Positions 8,882 to 21,248 of a stretch of DNA of 64,000 bases are shown one piece after another (the first letter of the stretch is position 1; every line of letters begins with the position of its first letter). The position numbers and the translations under genes are program-made. Below the pieces are notes generated by a model. The model was not told the origin of the DNA, did not search any database, and saw nothing but the letters and a program-made list of their open reading frames with translations. The stretch comes from Candidatus Latescibacterota bacterium. GTDB lineage: Bacteria > Latescibacterota > UBA2968. The DNA lies in the NCBI GenBank assembly GCA_965116885.1, contig OZ220741.1:4288001-4352000 (forward strand), in the 5' to 3' direction.

Positions 8882-9973
8882 TTGGAAAACTTAAAAAAAA
8901 CGCCACTAAACGAAATACACCACAAAACCAACGCCCGAATGGTTCCATTTGGCGGCTGGGAAATGCCGGTTCAATACGCGGGCATAGTCGCGGAACATCA
9001 AGCGGTGCGATCACACGCTGGACTTTTTGATGTCTCGCACATGGGAGAATTTGAATTTAAGGGCAAGGGAGCCAAAAAACTGGTCCAATTTCTCACTGCC
9101 AATGACATAGACCGCATCGGCATTGGGCGCGGGCAGTATTCTCTATTTCTCAACAAAAATGGCGGCGCAATTGACGACATCATCGTTTACCGCCTCGGCA
9201 AAACAACCTATCTGGTCGTCGTAAATGCCGCAAATGTCGATAAAGACTGGAAACATGTCCAAGCAGTCGCAAAATCTTTTGACAATGTTCAAGTAGCCAA
9301 TCGCAGTGAAGAATTTGCCCTTCTCGCGCTTCAAGGACCAAAAGCAGAGGCTGTACTCTCCCCTACCGCAAATCGGAATCTCTCTGAAATCGGTTTTTTT
9401 CGCATTCGCAAAGCAGAACTCGGAGGAATACCCGTTCACATTGCCCGCACGGGATATACTGGCGAAGGAACGAATGGATTTGAGATATTTACGCGAACAG
9501 AAGATGCAACGGCAATTTGGAATGCCCTCATCGCATCCCCCGATGTATCCCCTGCAGGATTGGGCGCGCGGGATACACTCCGCATCGAAGCCTCTCTTCC
9601 CCTCTACGGGCAGGAGCTCGATGAAGAGACAACACCATTAGAAGCCGGACTGGATATATTCGTCTCAAAGGCGGGTGATTTCTCCGGCGCCGAGGCACTT
9701 GAAAAACAGCGCACAGATGGCCTGACAAAAACACTTGTTATGATTGAAATGATCGACCGCGGCATCCCCCGCCACGGTTACGAAATCCTGGATGGTTCGG
9801 GAAATGCTATTGGCAAAGTTACCAGTGGTACAACCGCGCCGTATCTGAAAAAAAATATCGCAATGGGTTATGTCCCACCCAACCATTCAGAAATAGGGAC
9901 AGAACTCGCCATTGCAATCCGAAACCGCGCCCTCAAAGCGAGGATTGTTCCCAGACCATTTTTTAAGAGGTAA
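8882..9973 (+). CDS. gcvT: Glycine cleavage system T protein (aminomethyltransferase)
   Basis: LKKTPL, MVPFGGWEMPVQY, GLFDVSHMGE, RTGYTGE, GLGARDTLRIEA. Confidence 0.96.
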   Translation: MENLKKTPLNEIHHKTNARMVPFGGWEMPVQYAGIVAEHQAVRSHAGLFDVSHMGEFEFKGKGAKKLVQFLTANDIDRIGIGRGQYSLFLNKNGGAIDDIIVYRLGKTTYLVVVNAANVDKDWKHVQAVAKSFDNVQVANRSEEFALLALQGPKAEAVLSPTANRNLSEIGFFRIRKAELGGIPVHIARTGYTGEGTNGFEIFTRTEDATAIWNALIASPDVSPAGLGARDTLRIEASLPLYGQELDEETTPLEAGLDIFVSKAGDFSGAEALEKQRTDGLTKTLVMIEMIDRGIPRHGYEILDGSGNAIGKVTSGTTAPYLKKNIAMGYVPPNHSEIGTELAIAIRNRALKARIVPRPFFKR

Positions 9974-9979
9974 CTGTAT

Positions 9980-10015
9980 AAAAAAAGAGACAGGTAAAAA
10001 CCCGTCTCTTTTTTT
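9980..10015. terminator. Bidirectional intrinsic terminator between gcvT and leuS
   Basis: AAAAAAAGAGACAGG-TAAAAA-CCCGTCTCTTTTTTT between convergent genes. Confidence 0.75.
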
Positions 10016-10038
10016 ATACAGTCGTTGTGCAAAGTCCG

Positions 10039-12477
10039 TTACACAACAATATTGACCAGCCGATTGGGAATGACGATTATTTTTTTCGGTTTTTGATCCT
10101 GGACATGCACTTGTACATTCGGCTGTTCCAGAGCCAGACTTTCAACCTCCTCCTGCCCAGCATCGACCTCAACTTCCATTCGCGCACGGACCTTGCCATT
10201 GACCTGAACCGGCATCTCAATCGTTGCTGGTCGAGCGAGATTTTCGTCCCATTCAGGCCAATTCTGTTGATGAACGCTATACTCTCCCCCAATTCGAGAC
10301 CATAGCTCTTCGGAAAGATGCGGAGTAACAGGTGCCAGGAGCAAGACAAGCGTCTCAATGGCTTCTTTCCACGCATCCGTATGCACAACAGGCGTATTTT
10401 GAGCCGCTGACAAACCATTGCTAAACGTCATAAGCGCGGCCAATGCTGTGTTAAATCCGAAGGTCTCAAAATCTTCAGACACCTTGCGGATGGTCTGATG
10501 GGTTAAGCGCCGCAGATTATCCTGAGCTTCTTGTGTGACATCGCCCTTTGTCGGAGCACCATTTTCAAGAACTATACGCCACACGCGGTTCAAAAATCTC
10601 GGGATACCTTCCAGGCTCGACGAATTCCACGGGCCGCCCTGTTCCCATCGACTCAAAAACATCAAATAAGCCCGAATACAATCTATACCATACTGCCCTA
10701 TCAATTCGTCGGGATTGACAACATTGCCCCGCGACTTGCTCATTTTCTCTTGATCTTCACCCAGAATAACGCCCTGATTAAACAAACGCGTCATCGGTTC
10801 ATCGTCACTGACGAGATCCATATCGCGCATGGCTTTGGTGAAAAATCGCGTGTAGAGCAGATGCATAGTCGCGTGTTCTATACCCCCTGTATATTGATCT
10901 ATGGGCAACCAATATTCACCCTCGTGAGGTTCAAAAGGCCCCGCATCGTAATGTGGGCTTAAATAGCGGTATTGATACCAGGAAGAACACATAAAGGTAT
11001 CCATTGTATCCGTCTCCCGTTGCGCCGAGGCACCACATTTGGGGCAGGTTGTGTGTAAAAAACCCTCGTGGTATTTGAGAGGAGATTCACCCGTTGGCAA
11101 AAACTCCGCATCATCGGGCAGCATTACGGGGAGAGCACGCTCTGGCACGGGAACCGTTCCGCATGTATCACAGTAAATAATCGGTATGGGACATCCCCAA
11201 TAACGCTGGCGGGAAATCAGCCAATCGTGAAGGCGATAATTGATTTTTCTCTCGCCAATGCCCTGTGATTCCAGATCATCAGCCACTGCATCTTTTCCAT
11301 CTTCAGAGGGCAAACCATCAAATTTCCCTGAATTTACCATACGTCCTGCGCCAGTATGTGGCTGGATGAGTGTTTCACCGTCCCAATCATCCGGGGCAAT
11401 CACAACGGGAATGGACAACCCATACTTTTTTGCAAAATCAAAATCGCGTTCATCGTGTGCAGGCACAGCCATAATGGCTCCGGTGCCATATTGAAGCAAT
11501 ACATAGTCAGCGATGTAAATGGGCACATCGGCATTGTTCATGGGATTAATTGCATAAGCACCGGTGAAAACGCCATCCTGCTCTTTATCTACAGAAAGCC
11601 GCTCGATCTCTGACTGACGTTCGGTTTTGACACAATATGCTTTAACAGCTTCCCGCTGGTCGGGTGCGGTTATCTCATCAACCAATGGATGCTCGGGTGC
11701 TAAAACCGCAAATGACATGCCAAAAACGGTATCTGGGCGCGTCGTGAACACGCGAAACGAATAATCTGAATTTTTAACTCGCATCTCAAATTCAACGCCG
11801 TCACTCCGTCCAATCCAGTTCTCCTGCATGGCCTTCACACGGTCGGGCCACTCGATTTCTGAAAAATCGAGTAATTCTTCAGCATATCTGGTAATCCGAA
11901 ACAGCCATTGATCCAGGTCCTTTTTAATCACGGGCGTATCACACCGCTCGCAGTGCCGATCCTCGCCCCAAACCTGCTCTCGAGCCAGGGTCGTATTGCA
12001 CTTTGGACACCAATCAACGGGAGCTTTTTCGCGATAAGCCAGATCATTGGCGTAAAATTTGAGGAATAACCACTGCGTCCATCTATAGTATTCGGGCAAA
12101 CATGTGATCGCCTCGCGCGTCCAGTCAAACATTGCACCCATTGTTTTCAGTTGTCCGCGCATGCGCTCCACATTGTCCAGCGTCCATTTGGCCGGGTGAA
12201 TACCCCGTTGGATTGCAGCGTTTTCAGCCGGTAATCCAAAAGCATCAAAACCAATTGGAAACAATACATTATGCCCCTTCATCCGCATATATCGCGCCCG
12301 CACATCAGAAGGCACAATCGCATACCAGTGCCCAATGTGGAGATCACCCGAAGTGTAGGGAAGCATCGTCAAAGCATAGTGCTTGGGGCGGTTGGGATCA
12401 ATTTGGCTGCGGTGCAATCCGGTATCTTCCCAGCGTTGGCGCCACCGTTTTTCAAATTCTGTAAACTCGTAAGCCAT
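10039..12477 (-). CDS. leuS: Leucine--tRNA ligase
   Basis: MLPYTSGDLHIGH, FTTRPDT, DWLISRQRYWG, KMSKS, QVNGKVR. Start moved to MAYEF after an AGGAG RBS. Confidence 0.97.
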   Translation of the reverse strand: MAYEFTEFEKRWRQRWEDTGLHRSQIDPNRPKHYALTMLPYTSGDLHIGHWYAIVPSDVRARYMRMKGHNVLFPIGFDAFGLPAENAAIQRGIHPAKWTLDNVERMRGQLKTMGAMFDWTREAITCLPEYYRWTQWLFLKFYANDLAYREKAPVDWCPKCNTTLAREQVWGEDRHCERCDTPVIKKDLDQWLFRITRYAEELLDFSEIEWPDRVKAMQENWIGRSDGVEFEMRVKNSDYSFRVFTTRPDTVFGMSFAVLAPEHPLVDEITAPDQREAVKAYCVKTERQSEIERLSVDKEQDGVFTGAYAINPMNNADVPIYIADYVLLQYGTGAIMAVPAHDERDFDFAKKYGLSIPVVIAPDDWDGETLIQPHTGAGRMVNSGKFDGLPSEDGKDAVADDLESQGIGERKINYRLHDWLISRQRYWGCPIPIIYCDTCGTVPVPERALPVMLPDDAEFLPTGESPLKYHEGFLHTTCPKCGASAQRETDTMDTFMCSSWYQYRYLSPHYDAGPFEPHEGEYWLPIDQYTGGIEHATMHLLYTRFFTKAMRDMDLVSDDEPMTRLFNQGVILGEDQEKMSKSRGNVVNPDELIGQYGIDCIRAYLMFLSRWEQGGPWNSSSLEGIPRFLNRVWRIVLENGAPTKGDVTQEAQDNLRRLTHQTIRKVSEDFETFGFNTALAALMTFSNGLSAAQNTPVVHTDAWKEAIETLVLLLAPVTPHLSEELWSRIGGEYSVHQQNWPEWDENLARPATIEMPVQVNGKVRARMEVEVDAGQEEVESLALEQPNVQVHVQDQKPKKIIVIPNRLVNIVV

Positions 12478-12490
12478 TGAAATACAACTC

Positions 12491-13786
12491 CTAAGGATAT
12501 AATCTTTGCAAAAGTCGGGGAAATGGAATCGTCTCGCGGACATGGGATAATCCGCATATCCACGCGACTGTACGCTCAATACCCAATCCAAAACCGGAAT
12601 GTGGCACCGATCCATAGTCCCTGAGGTCCAGGTACCACTGGAACGGCGCCTCATCAAGACCGTGTTCGGCGAGCTTCCGCCGCAAGACCTCCTGATCGTC
12701 CTCGCGCTGTCCCCCACCGACGATTTCGCCGTATCCTTCGGGGGCCAACACATCCATACACAATGCCAGTTTGGAATCTTCCGGATCCCCCTTCATATAA
12801 AAAGCTTTGCAAGCTGCCGGATACCGATGCACAATCACGGGGCGATCATGTGCGTTGGCCAACACGGTTTCATCCTCAGCACCAAAGTCCTCCCCCCAGA
12901 TGTGATCGCGACCCGCGTCTTTTAGCAACTCATGTGCATCAGAATAAGATATCCTATGAAATGGCTTTTGCACCCGTTGTAGGGGCGCAAGGTCACGTTG
13001 TAAGGCCACAAGCTCAGACCGACAGGTTTCTATCACACGCTGAACAACACAACAGATAAAGTCTTCAGCCAGATCCATATTACCTGACAGATCCATATAG
13101 GCCACCTCTGGCTCAACCATCCAAAATTCGGTCAAATGACGCCGCGTCTTGGATTTCTCAGCTCTAAAAGTAGGCCCAAAACAGTACACTTTGCCAAATG
13201 CCATAGCTGCTGCTTCCATATATAGTTGACCACTCTGTGTCAAATATGCTGTCTCGTCGAAATAGTCGGTTTCAAAAAGCGTGCTGGTACCTTCGCAGGA
13301 CGACGGTGTAAAAATGGGCGCATCAACAAGTGTGAAGCCATTGTTGTCGTAATAATCGCGACAGGCTTTGACAATTTCGGCACGCACGCTTAAAATGGCG
13401 TGCTGGCGCGATGAACGCAGCCACAAATGGCGGTGATCCATCAAAAATGCCGTGCCGTGTTCTTTGGGCGTAATCGGATAATCCTCTGCGCGATGCACAA
13501 TTTCGATATCGCTGACGCCAATTTCAAAGCCGATGGGTGAACGCGCATCGGCCCGAACCGCACCCGTCACGCGAAGAGACGACTCTTGCCCCAGGTCTGA
13601 AGCCCTTTCAAAGACGTCTGGCGATACATCGCCCTGAAATATCACGCACTGAATCGTACCAGAGCCATCTCTGATCTGAAGAAAGTGCAATTTTCCACTT
13701 GATCGTTTATTGTACAGCCATCCCTCGATCACAACTTCTTTATCTTCCCATGCACTTACGTCGTTTATCCTGATGATATCTGGCAT
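12491..13786 (-). CDS. asnS: Asparagine--tRNA ligase
   Basis: OB-fold, [53 protein letters not shown]. Confidence 0.96.
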   Translation of the reverse strand: MPDIIRINDVSAWEDKEVVIEGWLYNKRSSGKLHFLQIRDGSGTIQCVIFQGDVSPDVFERASDLGQESSLRVTGAVRADARSPIGFEIGVSDIEIVHRAEDYPITPKEHGTAFLMDHRHLWLRSSRQHAILSVRAEIVKACRDYYDNNGFTLVDAPIFTPSSCEGTSTLFETDYFDETAYLTQSGQLYMEAAAMAFGKVYCFGPTFRAEKSKTRRHLTEFWMVEPEVAYMDLSGNMDLAEDFICCVVQRVIETCRSELVALQRDLAPLQRVQKPFHRISYSDAHELLKDAGRDHIWGEDFGAEDETVLANAHDRPVIVHRYPAACKAFYMKGDPEDSKLALCMDVLAPEGYGEIVGGGQREDDQEVLRRKLAEHGLDEAPFQWYLDLRDYGSVPHSGFGLGIERTVAWICGLSHVRETIPFPRLLQRLYP

Positions 13787-13880
13787 ATATCGTTCCCTGA
13801 AAGTAAAAAAACGAAAGACGACCGGGTACATCTGCTTGCCCACCGATCGCCTTGTGTTTTTTTCGCGTGTATTACAAATC

Positions 13881-15998
13881 TCACGATCTTTGGGGGGGGC
13901 GTTGCCTACCCTGCTGATTCGAATCACCATTGGGTTTATCGATAAGTACTTTGCGGCTCAGTCGAATTTTGCCCTGGTCATCAATAGCGATCACTTTGAC
14001 CTGAACTTTTTCGCCTTCACTGAGCACGTCGTTCACCTTACGCACCCGATGATGCTCAAGCTCAGAAATATGGCAAAGCCCATCCTTGCCGGGCAAAATC
14101 TCGACAAACGCGCCAAAGTCCGTGATTCGGCGCACTGTGCCATCATAGATTCGTCCAACTTCTGGCTCTTCGACGAGAGCTTCAACCATACCCATTGCGG
14201 TTTCACCGGCTTGCGCGTCTAAAGAGGTGACCGTAACCAACCCATCGTCCTCGACTGAAACCGTAGCGCCTGTCTCTTCAATACTGCGAATGGTCTTCCC
14301 GCCCGGGCCAATAACCGCGCCGATCTTTGCAGGATCAATGCGGATGGACAAAATACGCGGTGCGTATTCCGACAAGCTCGTTCTCGGCGCGGAAATAGCT
14401 TCTTCCATCAGACCGAGAATGTGATTTAATGCATCTCGGGCGCGCGAGAATGCCGTATTGAGAATTTCAAAACTTATACCACCGATCTTAATATCCATCT
14501 GAATCGCAGTCAGACCCGATCGCGTCCCCGCTATTTTGAGGTCCATATCGCCCAAATGGTCTTCTTCGCCTAAAATATCTGTGAGAACCGCCCACTGATC
14601 CCCTTCCATAACCAACCCGACGCCAGCACCGGCAACATGGCTTTTAATGGGCACGCCTGCATCCATCAAAGCGAGAGAGCCGCCACACACCGTGGCCATT
14701 GAAGACGAACTGTTGGATTCTAAAATCTCGGAAACCAGCCGGATCGTATATGGGAAATGCTCTTCACTGGGTATAACTGGTTCGAGTGCTTTTTCAGCCA
14801 AAGCTCCGTGACCAACTTCGCGGCGGCCGGGCGCTGCAATCCGACCCGTTTCACCAACACTGTAGTTGGGAAAGTTGTAATCGAGCATAAAGCTCTTGAA
14901 CGATTTACCTTCAAGATCATCTACCATTCGGGTGTCCATCTTGCTTCCGAGTGTCGCTGCACACAAAGCCTGCGTCTGTCCACGTGTAAAAATGGCGGAC
15001 CCGTGTGTGCGCGGCAATACACTCATATCGATATCAATGGGCCGCACCTGGTTGAGACCGCGCCCATCAATACGCTGATTTTCCGAGAGGATCATCGCGC
15101 GCATATCCTTTTTGATCAACCGATCAATTTCACCGCCAATTTCACCTTCTTCAAAGTGTTCTGCGAGTGCTTCTCGCACCTCGGCGCGGATTGCAGACAG
15201 CGTCTCTGCACGCGCCATCTTATCCGGCATGCGATTGGCTGTGTGAATCTGCTCTGAAGCGCGTTCGGCAACGGCAGTGGCAAGGGCCTCATTTTCTTCA
15301 GGCTCGTCGTAAGACCGCTTCGATTTCCCGGCACGGGAAATCAGGTCATCCTGTAATTCAATCAGTTGTACAATGCCCTCGTGGGCAACGCGCAGTGCTT
15401 CTACGACATCACCGTCGGCTACTTCGTGAAAATCGCCTTCAACTGAGATAATGGACTCGCGATTGCCCGATACCATCAGGTGGACATCGCTTTCTTCGAG
15501 TTGGGAAAGTGTGGGGTTGACCACAAATTCCCCATTGACCCGTCCAACACACACGGCTCCAATGGGGCCGTCAAACGGAATATCAGAAATACACAGTGCA
15601 GCCGAAGCACCTGTCATTGAGAGTACCGCAGGATCGTTTTCACCATCAAAAGACAATACAGTGACATAAACCTGCGTTTCAAAATCATAAGCCTCTGGAA
15701 ATAGGGGCCTGATTTGATGATCAATTAAACGCGCATGCAATTTTTCAGTTGTTGAAGGTGCGCCTTCTCGCTTAAAAAAGTTGCCGGGAATGCGCCCTCC
15801 AGCATACATCTTTTCACGATAATCGACTTGAAGCGGAAAAAAATCAAAATCCGAAGGTTTATTATCGGAAACTGCAGCCACCAACACAATGGTTTCACCG
15901 TACTGCATCCACACCGCCCCATGTGACTGTTTGGCCACCCGACCCGTTTCTATGGACAGCGGACGACCGGCATATTCAAGCTCTACTTTTGCTATCAT
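13881..15998 (-). CDS. pnp: Polyribonucleotide nucleotidyltransferase
   Basis: [46 protein letters not shown] and S1 domains. Confidence 0.97.
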   Translation of the reverse strand: MIAKVELEYAGRPLSIETGRVAKQSHGAVWMQYGETIVLVAAVSDNKPSDFDFFPLQVDYREKMYAGGRIPGNFFKREGAPSTTEKLHARLIDHQIRPLFPEAYDFETQVYVTVLSFDGENDPAVLSMTGASAALCISDIPFDGPIGAVCVGRVNGEFVVNPTLSQLEESDVHLMVSGNRESIISVEGDFHEVADGDVVEALRVAHEGIVQLIELQDDLISRAGKSKRSYDEPEENEALATAVAERASEQIHTANRMPDKMARAETLSAIRAEVREALAEHFEEGEIGGEIDRLIKKDMRAMILSENQRIDGRGLNQVRPIDIDMSVLPRTHGSAIFTRGQTQALCAATLGSKMDTRMVDDLEGKSFKSFMLDYNFPNYSVGETGRIAAPGRREVGHGALAEKALEPVIPSEEHFPYTIRLVSEILESNSSSSMATVCGGSLALMDAGVPIKSHVAGAGVGLVMEGDQWAVLTDILGEEDHLGDMDLKIAGTRSGLTAIQMDIKIGGISFEILNTAFSRARDALNHILGLMEEAISAPRTSLSEYAPRILSIRIDPAKIGAVIGPGGKTIRSIEETGATVSVEDDGLVTVTSLDAQAGETAMGMVEALVEEPEVGRIYDGTVRRITDFGAFVEILPGKDGLCHISELEHHRVRKVNDVLSEGEKVQVKVIAIDDQGKIRLSRKVLIDKPNGDSNQQGRQRPPQRS

Positions 15999-16090
15999 TC
16001 TATCTCCTCTATTTACCTTAAAACACATCTATTCCAGCGCCCTGACAAAAAGGCCAGAGATACGACCAACTCCTGGAATATATAAAAAAC

Positions 16091-16360
16091 TCAACCGCGA
16101 ATATCCAGTGCCGCAATCAAGCTACGATAACCTTCTAAATCCACGCGCCGCAAATATCGCAACAGACGGCGACGACGCCCAACCAGTTTGAGCAGTCCTC
16201 GACGCGAGTGATGATCCTTCTTGTGGGTTTGAAAATGTTCGACCAGTTGTACAATACGCTCTGTAAGTTGCGCAATCTGGACTTGTGGCGATCCTGTATC
16301 GCCTTCTTTGCGCCCGTATTGTGTGATCAACTCGGCCTTCTTGTCTTTTGTTAACGCCAA
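16091..16360 (-). CDS. rpsO: 30S ribosomal protein S15
   Basis: [35 protein letters not shown] start after GGAGG. Confidence 0.97.
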   Translation of the reverse strand: MALTKDKKAELITQYGRKEGDTGSPQVQIAQLTERIVQLVEHFQTHKKDHHSRRGLLKLVGRRRRLLRYLRRVDLEGYRSLIAALDIRG

Positions 16361-17304
16361 AATTTACCTCCATAGGTATGATGCCGCGAAAGCATATCTT
16401 CCGCGGTCTGTATATCTGCTTGAATCTGTTCGACTAACGCTTCTTTGCTGCCAAATTCACGCTCGCCGCGAATGCGGCGCCATATCTCAAGGGGTAAAAT
16501 TTTTCCATAGAGATTTTGTGAAAAATTGAGCAAATGTACTTCACAACGCGCTGACTGCCCCCCAAATGTTGGGCGTTCGCCATAATTGACAACAGCGATG
16601 TAGGGCTGATCCAGCCTGGCAATACCAGCATAAACACCCGGTGTTGGCAAAAGTTTTCCCGGCGTTTCAAACAAGAGATTAGCAGTGGGAAAACCAAGTG
16701 CCCTGCCCCGTTTCTCTCCCTCTACTACACGCCCCCACAAGGGATACGGATGTCCCATAAGCTGAATAACCGCATCCAGATCTCCGCCTAAGAGTGCGTT
16801 GCGAATACGAGTACTGCTCACAGGTTTTTCGGCAATGCACACAGCCGGTGGTGAAAAAACAGAGAAACCAAACTGTTTCCCCAATCTTTTCATCGTCTCA
16901 AACCCACCCTGACGCCCCCTTCCAAAACCGTGATCGTAACCTATGATCACAGACCTGGCACTGAGTCTATCAACCAGGAAGCATTTGACAAATACTTCGG
17001 GAGACATCCGCCGGAGTGCATCATCAAATTCAACAACAGCCAGAATATCCACCCCCAACGAGGCGAGACAATGCTTTTTTTCCTCAAGCGATGTCAACAC
17101 CCCAGGGGCATCGGCACCGTCGATAAACTGGCGAGGATGCGGGTCAAAAGTGACGACGACAGACGTGCCCCTACACGTCCGTGCCATATCAATCATAGCC
17201 TCAATGACAGAGACATGCCCGATGTGAATGCCGTCAAATGTTCCAACCGTGACCACCGGGTGAGCAAGCGCGACCGGTTCTTCAAGCGTTATGATGCGCA
17301 TCAT
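16351..17304 (-). CDS. ribF: Bifunctional riboflavin kinase/FAD synthetase
   Basis: [46 protein letters not shown]. Start set at MMRIIT, overlapping the truB stop. Confidence 0.95.
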   Translation of the reverse strand: MMRIITLEEPVALAHPVVTVGTFDGIHIGHVSVIEAMIDMARTCRGTSVVVTFDPHPRQFIDGADAPGVLTSLEEKKHCLASLGVDILAVVEFDDALRRMSPEVFVKCFLVDRLSARSVIIGYDHGFGRGRQGGFETMKRLGKQFGFSVFSPPAVCIAEKPVSSTRIRNALLGGDLDAVIQLMGHPYPLWGRVVEGEKRGRALGFPTANLLFETPGKLLPTPGVYAGIARLDQPYIAVVNYGERPTFGGQSARCEVHLLNFSQNLYGKILPLEIWRRIRGEREFGSKEALVEQIQADIQTAEDMLSRHHTYGGKFWR

Positions 17305-18176
17305 CAATTCTGGATCACGCGAATAGGCTTCAAGACGCCCTCGACGATATGACCGAGACCGAGCAAAATACCCCGGGAATTTTGCACTGTTACAATATCC
17401 TGGACATCTAATAAAATACCGGTCACGGAATTGCCATTTGAAAAACGCCCCTGCTGCGCCTCTGTCAAACACACCGATGACAGATTAAAAACAGCGTGGG
17501 GATTGAGCAACACATCAGCAATGCATTCTGCACGCTCGAGTTCATAAACCGAAACACATTGTCCCAATTCAATACACCCTACCGCAGTTCTGCGAAGCGT
17601 TGAGAGATGGGCACCACACCCGAGCCGTTTGCCGATATCGTCAGCAAGTGACCGAATATAAGTACCCTTAGAACAATGTACATTCAGGTGCAAGAGCGGT
17701 GGTGCATATACCGCAATATCGAGCTTATGTATGCATACATTACGCGCTGGGCGATCAATTTCAATACCTCTTCGGGCGAGTTCATAAAGCCTGCGCCCTC
17801 CCATACGTACGGCCGAATACATAGGCGGAACTTGTGCAATCGCCCCTCTGAATTCGGCAACGGCGGCATCGACCTGTGCATAATCGGTTGGAATATCTTC
17901 CGATCTGCTGGTAACCACACCATCGGCGTCGAGAGAATCGGTTGTCATTCCCAAACGCACAACCGCGCGATATTGTTTATCGCTGCCCGTAATATAAGAA
18001 CTCAGGCGCGTATAAGCCCCCAAACAAAGTAGCAAAACGCCTGTTGCCATAGGATCGAGGGTGCCTGTATGCCCTGCTTTTTTTATGTCAAAGTGCTTAC
18101 GCACCCAACTGACGACATCTTGAGAAGTCCAGCCAGCGGGTTTGTCTATGCATAGAAAACCGTTTATTGGCACCAC
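17304..18176 (-). CDS. truB: tRNA pseudouridine(55) synthase
   Basis: DKPAGWTS, KAGHTGTLDPMATG, QVPPMYSA, CSKGTYIRSLA. Confidence 0.96.
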   Translation of the reverse strand: MVPINGFLCIDKPAGWTSQDVVSWVRKHFDIKKAGHTGTLDPMATGVLLLCLGAYTRLSSYITGSDKQYRAVVRLGMTTDSLDADGVVTSRSEDIPTDYAQVDAAVAEFRGAIAQVPPMYSAVRMGGRRLYELARRGIEIDRPARNVCIHKLDIAVYAPPLLHLNVHCSKGTYIRSLADDIGKRLGCGAHLSTLRRTAVGCIELGQCVSVYELERAECIADVLLNPHAVFNLSSVCLTEAQQGRFSNGNSVTGILLDVQDIVTVQNSRGILLGLGHIVEGVLKPIRVIQN

Positions 18177-18518
18177 CTATGTGTTGAGACTTTTGAGCAA
18201 TTGCTCAATTCGAGTGCCCTGCGTAATGGAGTCATCCAGAGCGAAAAACAATTCGGGAACATGTCGCAAATGAACGCGCTGAGCGAGCGCACGACGGAAA
18301 AAAGACAGTGCGCCCATCAAGCGTTCGAGCACCTGTATTTGCGCTTCAGCCTCCCCCATCACACTGACGTAAACCCTCGCTGTGCGCAGATCCCGAGACA
18401 TCTCAACAGCCGTAATCGTGACTTCTGACAGACCGGGGTCACGGGTTTCCATGTGCAAAATTTCACTCAGAGCAACCTGAATGGCTTTTCCCACACTTTC
18501 CGGCCGATAAGATGGCAT
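18177..18518 (-). CDS. rbfA: Ribosome-binding factor A
   Basis: VTITAVEMSRDLRTARVY, LRHVPELFF; position in the infB operon. Confidence 0.95.
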   Translation of the reverse strand: MPSYRPESVGKAIQVALSEILHMETRDPGLSEVTITAVEMSRDLRTARVYVSVMGEAEAQIQVLERLMGALSFFRRALAQRVHLRHVPELFFALDDSITQGTRIEQLLKSLNT

Positions 18519-18519
18519 G

Positions 18520-18801
18520 TCAGAGCAACTCCAGCGAATAGTCCATCAAAATAAGGCGATCTTCGCGCTCGATTAAATCAACCACCTTTGACAACACCTG
18601 ATTGGCATACCGCGAATCGTTGGCAACTGTTGCGATACCCAACTGTGCCCTTTGCCAGCGATCATTGTCGCCCAGTTCGGCAACAGAGACATTGAATTTG
18701 TTGCGTGCGCGCGTCGTGATGCTCTTGAGCACGCTGCGTTTCTGTTTCAGCGAGGCGCATTCGGGCAAATACAAATCGATATGACAAAAACCAATGGTCA
18801 T
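18520..18801 (-). CDS. DUF503 (YlxP-like) protein
   Basis: SLKQKRSVLKS...RNKFNVSVAE...D.WQRA; typical position between infB and rbfA. Confidence 0.9.
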   Translation of the reverse strand: MTIGFCHIDLYLPECASLKQKRSVLKSITTRARNKFNVSVAELGDNDRWQRAQLGIATVANDSRYANQVLSKVVDLIEREDRLILMDYSLELL

Positions 18802-21233
18802 AAGATCGTGCGAGTAGTTTCAACGCGTTCGTAAGTTTCAATGACATCGCCGACTTTGACATCGTTAAAATTTTCGATACCAATGCCGCATTCAAAGCCG
18901 TTTTGCACCTCGCGAACATCATCTTTAAAACGCCGTAAAGATCCAATACGGCCTTCGTAAATAATAACGCCATCGCGCAAAACGCGCGCATTAGTCGTGC
19001 GGTGGATGAGCCCTTGAGAAACCAGACAGCCGGCAATTGTACCAACACGCGGCACCTGGAAAAGCTCGCGCACCTGTGCTTCTCCCTGCACATTTTCTTC
19101 AATTTTGGGTGCCAACAATCCAGAAAGGGCGGCGCGAATGTCTTCGACTACTTCGTAAATCACGCGATACAAGCGAATGTCAACGCGTTCTCGTGCTGCA
19201 ACTTCTCTTGCATTTGCATCGGGACGCACATTAAATCCGATGATGATGGCATCTGAGGCGGATGCGAGCAGAATGTCAGATTCGGAGATCGCCCCCACAG
19301 CGCGGTGAATCACCGATAGCTGCACTTCTTCGTGCTCGATTTGCAATAGCGCGTCTTGCAAAGCCTCGACAGACCCATCGACATCGCCTTTGATAATCAG
19401 GCGTAATTCTTCCATATTGCCCGTCTCAATCTGGTTGTGAATGTCGGACAACGATACGCGGCGTACCCGATGAAATTCTTGTTCGCGCCTGAGTTGCTGC
19501 CGTTTTTGGCTGATATCGCGAGCTTCGCGCTCATTTTCAACGACGTGAAATGTATCTCCTGCCTGGGGCAATCCCGCCAGTCCGAGAACCTGAACCGGAC
19601 GAGAAGGGCCAGCCGTTACTACGGATAGACCGCGCTCGTCAAGCATTGCGCGGACGCGTCCACTAAACATGCCAGTAATAAAAGGATCACCCACTTGTAG
19701 CCTGCCTTCTTGCACGAGCACTGTGGCGATATTTCCTCGTCCTCGGTCAAGTTTTGATTCTACAATGGTACCTTTGGCGCGCTTATCTGGATCTGCCGTA
19801 AGCTCGAGCATTTCTGTTTCAAGAGCCAATAGCTCGAGCAGAGCATCGACATTCTGTCCCGTTTTAGCGGAAATTTCGCAAACTTGAACACTACCGCCAT
19901 AATCTTCTACGACGACATTGTGCTCAGTCAACTCCCGTTTGATTTTATCGGGATCGGCGGTGGGCAAGTCGATTTTGTTTACTGCAACGACCAGGGGTAC
20001 ATTGGCCGCTTTGGCATGATCAATGGCTTCTACTGTCTGGGGCATCACACTATCATCTGCAGCCACAATCAGAACAACGACATCCGTTACACTGGCACCT
20101 CTGGCACGCATCGCCGTAAAAGCTTCGTGCCCGGGCGTATCGAGAAAACATATTTCACGACCATTACCGAGTTCAACGTGATACGCACCAATATGCTGCG
20201 TAATACCGCCGGCTTCACCTTCCATCACATTGGTCTCTCGGATATAATCCAAAAGAGATGTTTTGCCGTGATCCACATGTCCCATAATTGTCACTACCGG
20301 GGGTCTTGGTTTTAGACTCTCATCAGAAGCTTCTACCTCTGCATTTTCCAATATCTCTTCGCCGTATTCTTCGAGTTGCTCAATGCCAAAACCAAATTCA
20401 TCGGCAACAAGCGTGATAGTGTCCATATCGAGGCGCTGATTGATGGTCGCCACCATGCCGAGTTTGAGACATTGTGTGATGACTTCTGTGGGGCGCACAT
20501 CCATCTGAGAAGCGAGTTCGCCAATGGTTGTAAACTCATTGACTTTGAGAACTTGTCCGTCTGCGGTTTCGGCTTCGGGCTTTTCACTGTCTTGACGCCG
20601 GCGACGGCGCACCCGTGATGGTGCTGCGCCACTCGACATTTGCGCCCGTGTTCGACGCACATTTTCTAATACTTCGCGCTCATCAACGACAGGGCGCTTA
20701 CGCCTGCGGCGACGTTTTCTTGGAGACCGCGTGCGGCTTTTCTTTACCTGTGCGGGTTTTTCTTCAGACTTGGCTTTGTCCTGAACTACGGGTTTTTCTT
20801 CTTTGGTTTTTGGCGCTTTTGTTTCGGGTTTCTGCACCGGTGTCTGACTGACATCTTCTACGACAACAGTTGGATAATCTGTTCGGCGTCTTCTGCGCCG
20901 CGGGCGCTGCCTTCTCTCGCCGCGGGTCTCAGTCTTTTCAGCAGGCTGAGCCGAACGAGCCCGGCTCACGCGAGGCTTTTGCACGTGACTTTCGCGTTCT
21001 TTTCTTTCATCATCCTTGCGTCTGAGTTTTCGCCGCGTCGCCTGGCGTTCTGAATCAAATTTCTCTTGCACTGCATTGACCATTGCAGTCGTACAGACCG
21101 CCATGTGGTTTTTGACTTCAAAACCAAGGCTTCTAATCTGCTCAACCATTGCGACGCTCGACAAATTGAACTCGCGCGCAATCTCGTAAACTCGTTTTTT
21201 CTTAGCTATTGTTTTGCCTTTTGTCTTCGCCAA
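18798..21233 (-). CDS. infB: Translation initiation factor IF-2
   Basis: [48 protein letters not shown]. Start is probably TTG at 21233 after GGAGGTG. Confidence 0.97.
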   Translation of the reverse strand: MAKTKGKTIAKKKRVYEIAREFNLSSVAMVEQIRSLGFEVKNHMAVCTTAMVNAVQEKFDSERQATRRKLRRKDDERKERESHVQKPRVSRARSAQPAEKTETRGERRQRPRRRRRRTDYPTVVVEDVSQTPVQKPETKAPKTKEEKPVVQDKAKSEEKPAQVKKSRTRSPRKRRRRRKRPVVDEREVLENVRRTRAQMSSGAAPSRVRRRRRQDSEKPEAETADGQVLKVNEFTTIGELASQMDVRPTEVITQCLKLGMVATINQRLDMDTITLVADEFGFGIEQLEEYGEEILENAEVEASDESLKPRPPVVTIMGHVDHGKTSLLDYIRETNVMEGEAGGITQHIGAYHVELGNGREICFLDTPGHEAFTAMRARGASVTDVVVLIVAADDSVMPQTVEAIDHAKAANVPLVVAVNKIDLPTADPDKIKRELTEHNVVVEDYGGSVQVCEISAKTGQNVDALLELLALETEMLELTADPDKRAKGTIVESKLDRGRGNIATVLVQEGRLQVGDPFITGMFSGRVRAMLDERGLSVVTAGPSRPVQVLGLAGLPQAGDTFHVVENEREARDISQKRQQLRREQEFHRVRRVSLSDIHNQIETGNMEELRLIIKGDVDGSVEALQDALLQIEHEEVQLSVIHRAVGAISESDILLASASDAIIIGFNVRPDANAREVAARERVDIRLYRVIYEVVEDIRAALSGLLAPKIEENVQGEAQVRELFQVPRVGTIAGCLVSQGLIHRTTNARVLRDGVIIYEGRIGSLRRFKDDVREVQNGFECGIGIENFNDVKVGDVIETYERVETTRTIL

Positions 21234-21248
21234 TAGGTTCACCTCCGA

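Noticed and set aside
12478..12753. N-terminal extensions of leuS (and likewise asnS, ribF and the sulfatase) in the ORF track
   Set aside because: They overlap upstream genes; internal starts fit the family N-termini
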